Shown here in pieces: positions 59,341-64,000 of a stretch of 64,000 nt of DNA. Location of the stretch: NCBI GenBank assembly GCA_002104905.1, contig MCFE01000009.1, positions 62,001 through 126,000 of the forward strand, read 5' to 3'. Position 1 is the first letter of the stretch, and every line of letters begins with the position of its first letter. Under the pieces are notes generated by a model. That model saw only the letters and a program-made list of their open reading frames with translations, was not told the DNA's origin and ran no database searches. The position numbers and the translations under genes are program-made. The DNA is from Basidiobolus meristosporus CBS 931.73 (Eukaryota > Fungi > Basidiobolomycota).

Positions 59341-61620
59341 TCAAACTTTTTATGGCATGAACAGACTACTTTGTTTCAACATTGTAAGCAAAGTGAAAAA
59401 GACCATGTGGCTATTATAGCAAGCCTCTCAGCCATGAAGCACATGGACAGCATAGGAAATATTGCAAGGATCACAGGCAGTGTTTTGCCACACAAGTCAT
59501 ATTTGACCATTCACCAGTCACTATTGTACCAACAATATCTTGCTGTGCATTTGTTACTTTTAAAATGGCACCTGGCTACTTGTCACCTGGGGCAAACTGA
59601 GTCAAGTGTGTTTGTGACACCTTAAGGCTCACCCCAGCCTTCTGAATATGGCACAGAGAGTGATAGCTCTGAAGAAGCAGGCTCACTGATGGATTGTGAG
59701 CCTATCTTCCCTAACAACAGTACCCTGCATGAGCCCAGTAAAATCCCATTATGCAATGACACAACACTGCTGGGAAAAATGCCAAGTGACTTTATAGAGT
59801 CAAGGGAGCCCAGTATTCTATCTCATGGTCAATGATGTGATGTTGTGGCTTGAGTAGTGGCATGTTTCCACTAATATCAGAAATGAGGACTTTATGGACT
59901 TACTACTACTTCTTGCTGAAATCATCCCAGGATGCAACTTACCATGTACATGGTATATGTGGATAACTGTCATGTAGCTGACAACATATGACCCTGAGAC
60001 TGTCCTGATACCAGCATGTGTTAACAGTTGCATGGCATTCACATAAGAAAATGCCACCATTGCAACGTGTCCAACTTGTCAGTAATCCACCACCATTGGG
60101 GGAAAACATTGTTCACACTCCAGTTATACTCCAGCAATACCCCATCTAAAGAAACACATGCTAACCAACAAATATTGTGAAGCTATAAAGTATTGGACTG
60201 AGTATTAATTAAGCACCAACATATCCAATATAATTGATGGCAAATATCAAAAATAGCTAACAAGCAAGGGCTACTTTGAAGTTTTGTACAACTGTGCCTT
60301 TGCCTTGGCACTTGATGAGCTCTCATTAAACAAGTACACTACCAGCAAATCCTGCTGGCCACTGATTCTCATCAACCTGAATCTGCTGCCTATCTTACAG
60401 CATCAAAGCCAATGTCTGATGGTACTCTCACTGGTATCTGGGCCTAAATCACCATCCAACCTGGATAGCTACCTGTATCCATTGCTGGATGAATATGTAT
60501 GCTTTCCAGCAGGATAACAGTAAGTATTGGTCATGTCAAAGCTCATATTATTATCTGTATTGGAGATACCCCAGCCATCAGCAAGATAGCCAGCTTTTCT
60601 AGGCACATTGGACAGTATTGCTGTCAGATGTGTGAGATTCAGGGGACTTACCCCATAACTCACATGAAATATTATTACCCTAGCAGTAACACTAAGAGCA
60701 TCATCTTTCCGCAGAAAGAATGTACAGAAGTCAGCATGCAATTACAGCAAACTTGGCAAGCTATAAGGCATTGGCTAGAGTATGGAATTTATCAGAAACC
60801 AGAGATACTTAAGATTGAGGGTATCTGTTGGTGCAAAAGCTTTTCACTGGGAGCAATGCATTTGCTTTTGAGCAATATCCCTATACTGATGACCAAGTTT
60901 TACATGGGGCCTTTTAAGCTAAATGAGCTCTTTGAGATACAAAAGAAATTTGAAAGAATTGGCAGGATATTACAGAGTATCTACTACCCTAAGTACTTCT
61001 CACAGGCTCCAATTAATATTCATATGCATATGCAAGTATACAAGTGCAAGGACTGGATGAACGTGATATGTATATATTCAGGTGGCCTTCTGAAGCCATT
61101 TCTGATAAGAGTACATTGGAGGCATTGGGAGTTGTATGTGGACATTGTAGGAATATTTATCCAAAGGCATACCACCAATGCCAACTTTATGCATCTACAG
61201 ATTTTGTGCAAAGAGATTATGACAGGATTTGAGCAGCTGTGCTACAAAAATAAAGCTGAATCTGTAGAGCTCTGCTGCAACTGTATCCATTTGCTACTCC
61301 ATCTTGCTTGGTGTGTTGAGAATATTGGACCTTGCCTCAACTTTTGGGAGCTTCTCATGAAGTGGATGTGTGGGGAGATCAGAATACAAGTCATGTTGCA
61401 GGTACTACTATATCCCAATCTCATCAAAAATAGTACCTTCAAGTCCATCATGGATGTGTTGAGTTGACGCATGGAGGACAGCCAGTATCAGATGGAAAAT
61501 ACAGAGGATAGATGTGCACGTGGAGACACCTAAGCCTATGGTGCTAGGAAGTTAAGCAGCCCCAATGAGTTGGTAATCAGCTAAGTAAGGCCAAGTAGGT
61601 TTGGGTGTAACAAGCAACTA
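59340..61620 (+). pseudogene. CACTA-type transposase relic with the longest surviving ORF (60499-61467, 322 aa)
   Basis: LALDELSLNKYTTSKSCWPLILINLNL, LVSGPKSPSNLDSYLYPLLDE, GDTPAISK, HIGQYCCQMCEIQG, HLLLHLAWCVENIGPCLNFWE. Confidence 0.85.
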
Positions 61621-61676
61621 ATTTGTATTATTTTTATTTTGCCAAAAACAAAGACAAAATTTTTCATCACAACAGT

Positions 61677-62750
61677 AGACTTATTCTGTTAGATGGTGCC
61701 AGAATGAGCCATGAGTGCCAAATGATGCTATAGTGTGCCAGGGAGGCCAAGTGGGCTTATAGCTTGCCACAGAGTGGGAAGCATAGTTCTTCATCCTGAT
61801 GTGAAGCAGCCCTTGTGTTTCACCCGTTGTGGTGGAGAGAATCCTTTTTTTGGCCTTTATGCTGAGATCAATGTTGTGCATGATGTGTAAGAGCACCAAA
61901 GGACTGAAGATATGTATCTGATACTTAGTACCCATGGCACCTGGAATCTAGCTCCTGTGGCTTGTAGCATGTCACAAAAACTCATGGCACTATCTGGCAA
62001 TGAATTTACATATTATATTTGCTCCATTGGATAGTGCCACATTGAGTCATGAGTGCCAAACAATGCCATAGTGTGTCAGGGAGGCCAAGTGTGCCTATAG
62101 TTGGCCACAGAGTGTGGCACATAGCTCTTCAGCTTCATGCAAAGCAGCCCCTGTGTTTCACTCATTGCAATGTAGAAAATCCACTTTTTGAACTTTTTTT
62201 TGCATCAATTTTGTGCAGAATGTGTAAGAGCACAGAAGAACTGAAGACATGTGTCTGGTACTCAATACCCATGGCACTCTGAATCTAGCTCCTGTGGCTT
62301 GTATCATGTCCACAAAAATGCATGGTACTATTTGGCACTCATGGCTCAATGTGGCACTATCCAACAGAACAAGTCTATTAGCTCTAAAGTAAAACTTAAA
62401 AAAGCAGTTATAGTACCAGATAGTACCAGTGGACAAAGATAATGCATGCATTTTTGTGACATGTCACAAGCTGCAGGAGCTAGATTCAGAGTACCATTGG
62501 TATTGAGTATCAGATACATACCCTCAGTTCTTTTTTGCCCTTACACATCATGCAAAACATTGATCTCAAAAAGGTCAAAAATGGATTTTCCCCAGAACAA
62601 TAGGATAAACACAGAGGCTGCTTTACATGAGGAGCAAGAACCATGCTTTACTCTCTGTGGCCAAGTTTAGGTTGGCTTTGTCTCTCTGGCACACAATGGC
62701 ACTATTTTGCACTTGTGGCTTAATGTGACACTATCCAACACAACAAGTCT
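61677..62750. mobile_element. Foldback element of the AGACTTG family (outer copy) carrying a nested copy in its spacer
   Basis: agacttattc.. left arm, right arm ending caagtct at 62750; flanks AGT/AAT (one mismatch). The spacer remnant attagctctaaagtaaaac matches the reverse complement of the 37032-37071 spacer. Confidence 0.85.
62015..62376. mobile_element. Nested 362-bp copy of the AGACTTG family (one full arm + short opposite end)
   Basis: Decayed left terminus atatttgctcca, intact right terminus caagtct; TSD ATT (62012-62014) / ATT (62377-62379). Confidence 0.75.
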
Positions 62751-62769
62751 AATATATAAGTGGCTTTTA

Positions 62770-63440
62770 ACTGGTTCTCTGCCAATTCTCTCACTTTCTG
62801 ATCCTAGACACTCAATCAGCTCCAATATTTGTGTATTTTGATTGGCTGTTACTTCTTCTTCACATTCTTTACTTCCCAACACAACCAATGATCTTACCTC
62901 TCATGCAGGCAAATACTCTATTTTTGTTGAAACTTCAGTTGTACCTCAATTGTCAACTGAACTAGCATATTCAACTCTATAAACCCAACATTAACAATAG
63001 GTCTAGCCCCACACTCAAAAAGTCACTTCATTAGAATCCACCATACAATATATGATACATATTCTGCTGTAAGGCACTTTTCCAAGACTTTGGTGGAAAC
63101 CCTGCAACTTATGCTATTGTTCATTCACTGGTTTCTATTTTTCCTGGTCTTCAGCTGGCACTGTAAGGTCTAGCACCTTATCTGCCAGCCTTGCAATAAG
63201 TCCTTCCAGTATATAAGTGCACTTTATTGAGCACTGCTCCTGAAGAAGTGTTGCAGCCACTTGGTGTGCCAATTAATTCACCAAAATTTCACTGTAGGAG
63301 TTATTATAGTCTTTTGAATTCTTGACATTGTTGCTTTGTCTGCCAGTGGGATCTCCCCTCTGTCTACAAAGAAGGATGTGGGGGCAGTGGTAGACCAATT
63401 GTCTTTCTCTGCAAGCTCATCTACCTCACCAAAGTGTAGC
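62770..63440 (-). pseudogene. ORF-U 3' relic
   Basis: Reverse complement matches 21760-22420 (VDELAEKDNWSTT..VDRGEIPLADK). Confidence 0.6.
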
Positions 63441-63659
63441 CCTATGAGAAATAACCTGGTCCTGCAGGTGAATTCAATCTGGATCAACTGTCAAGATCCA
63501 GCAATGAGGCCACCATAATGCCAGCAGCTTAGAATACTTGACCCTCTAAACAATCTTATGATGGTTTTGCAACTGCATTTTGCTGAATTTACTGCCAAAT
63601 AGAGTTAAAAACTTGATGGTGCTGAAGCAGTCTTGAGCCAAGAATTGCATGGCATTCTG

Positions 63660-64000
63660 ATGGTGTTAATGTGCTTTACATTCATTTGTTCTGACAGCCT
63701 CATTTCAGACCTCTGCTTGTGTTGTAACATAAGTACAGCAGCCTACTGCTAGTTATGTATAATACCATCATACTAATTTACCAAATAGTATATTCATTGT
63801 CTACTGCTCCTTGTTCCAATCATATATTCCACTGTAGAGTCTCTCCTCTTGATTTGCTTACCCATTACTACCATGGGTAGTTCATTTCATGCTTGAATCC
63901 AAAAAATTTTGGGCTCCTGCTTACCAGCATCCATATAAGCACAAACCCACTGCAATTGACACAATTCTATCACCTCAACTTTACAGATTTTCAGTGTAAT
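63660..64000 (-). pseudogene. 3' end of a CACTA-type transposase relic, runs off the right edge
   Basis: Reverse complement resembles 1840-2110 (aaagttgaggtgatagaattgtgtcaattg..tctacagtggaatat). Confidence 0.6.

Noticed and set aside
62377-62410. Foldback arm as a head-to-tail satellite of about 380 bp
   Set aside because: The ATT-bounded inner unit and spacer homology are better explained by nested insertion.

Overview
AT-rich, CpG-poor eukaryotic (most likely fungal, by inference) transposon nest. I found no recognisable host protein-coding gene. Retrotransposons: three young LTR elements, each with only one or two lesions (Gypsy family 1 at 9851-16913, Gypsy family 2 at 30699-35636, Copia family 1 at 51615-56301). 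There is also a decayed second Gypsy-2 copy (43496-48448), several Copia relics, a chromovirus relic and at least four solo LTRs. DNA transposons: six relic fragments of a CACTA/EnSpm (Tnp2 + DUF4218) transposase, repeatedly paired head-to-head with an unrecognised second ORF (here ORF-U). A non-autonomous foldback/MITE family has AGACTTG termini and 3-bp AWT target duplications (four copies, one nested in another). RNA genes: five CpG-decayed tRNA pseudogenes in 1.15 kb, including a Ser-Ile tandem and an Arg(ACG) gene whose anticodon now reads ACA. All boundaries, TSDs and comparisons were read by eye; no searches were run, and relic boundaries are approximate.
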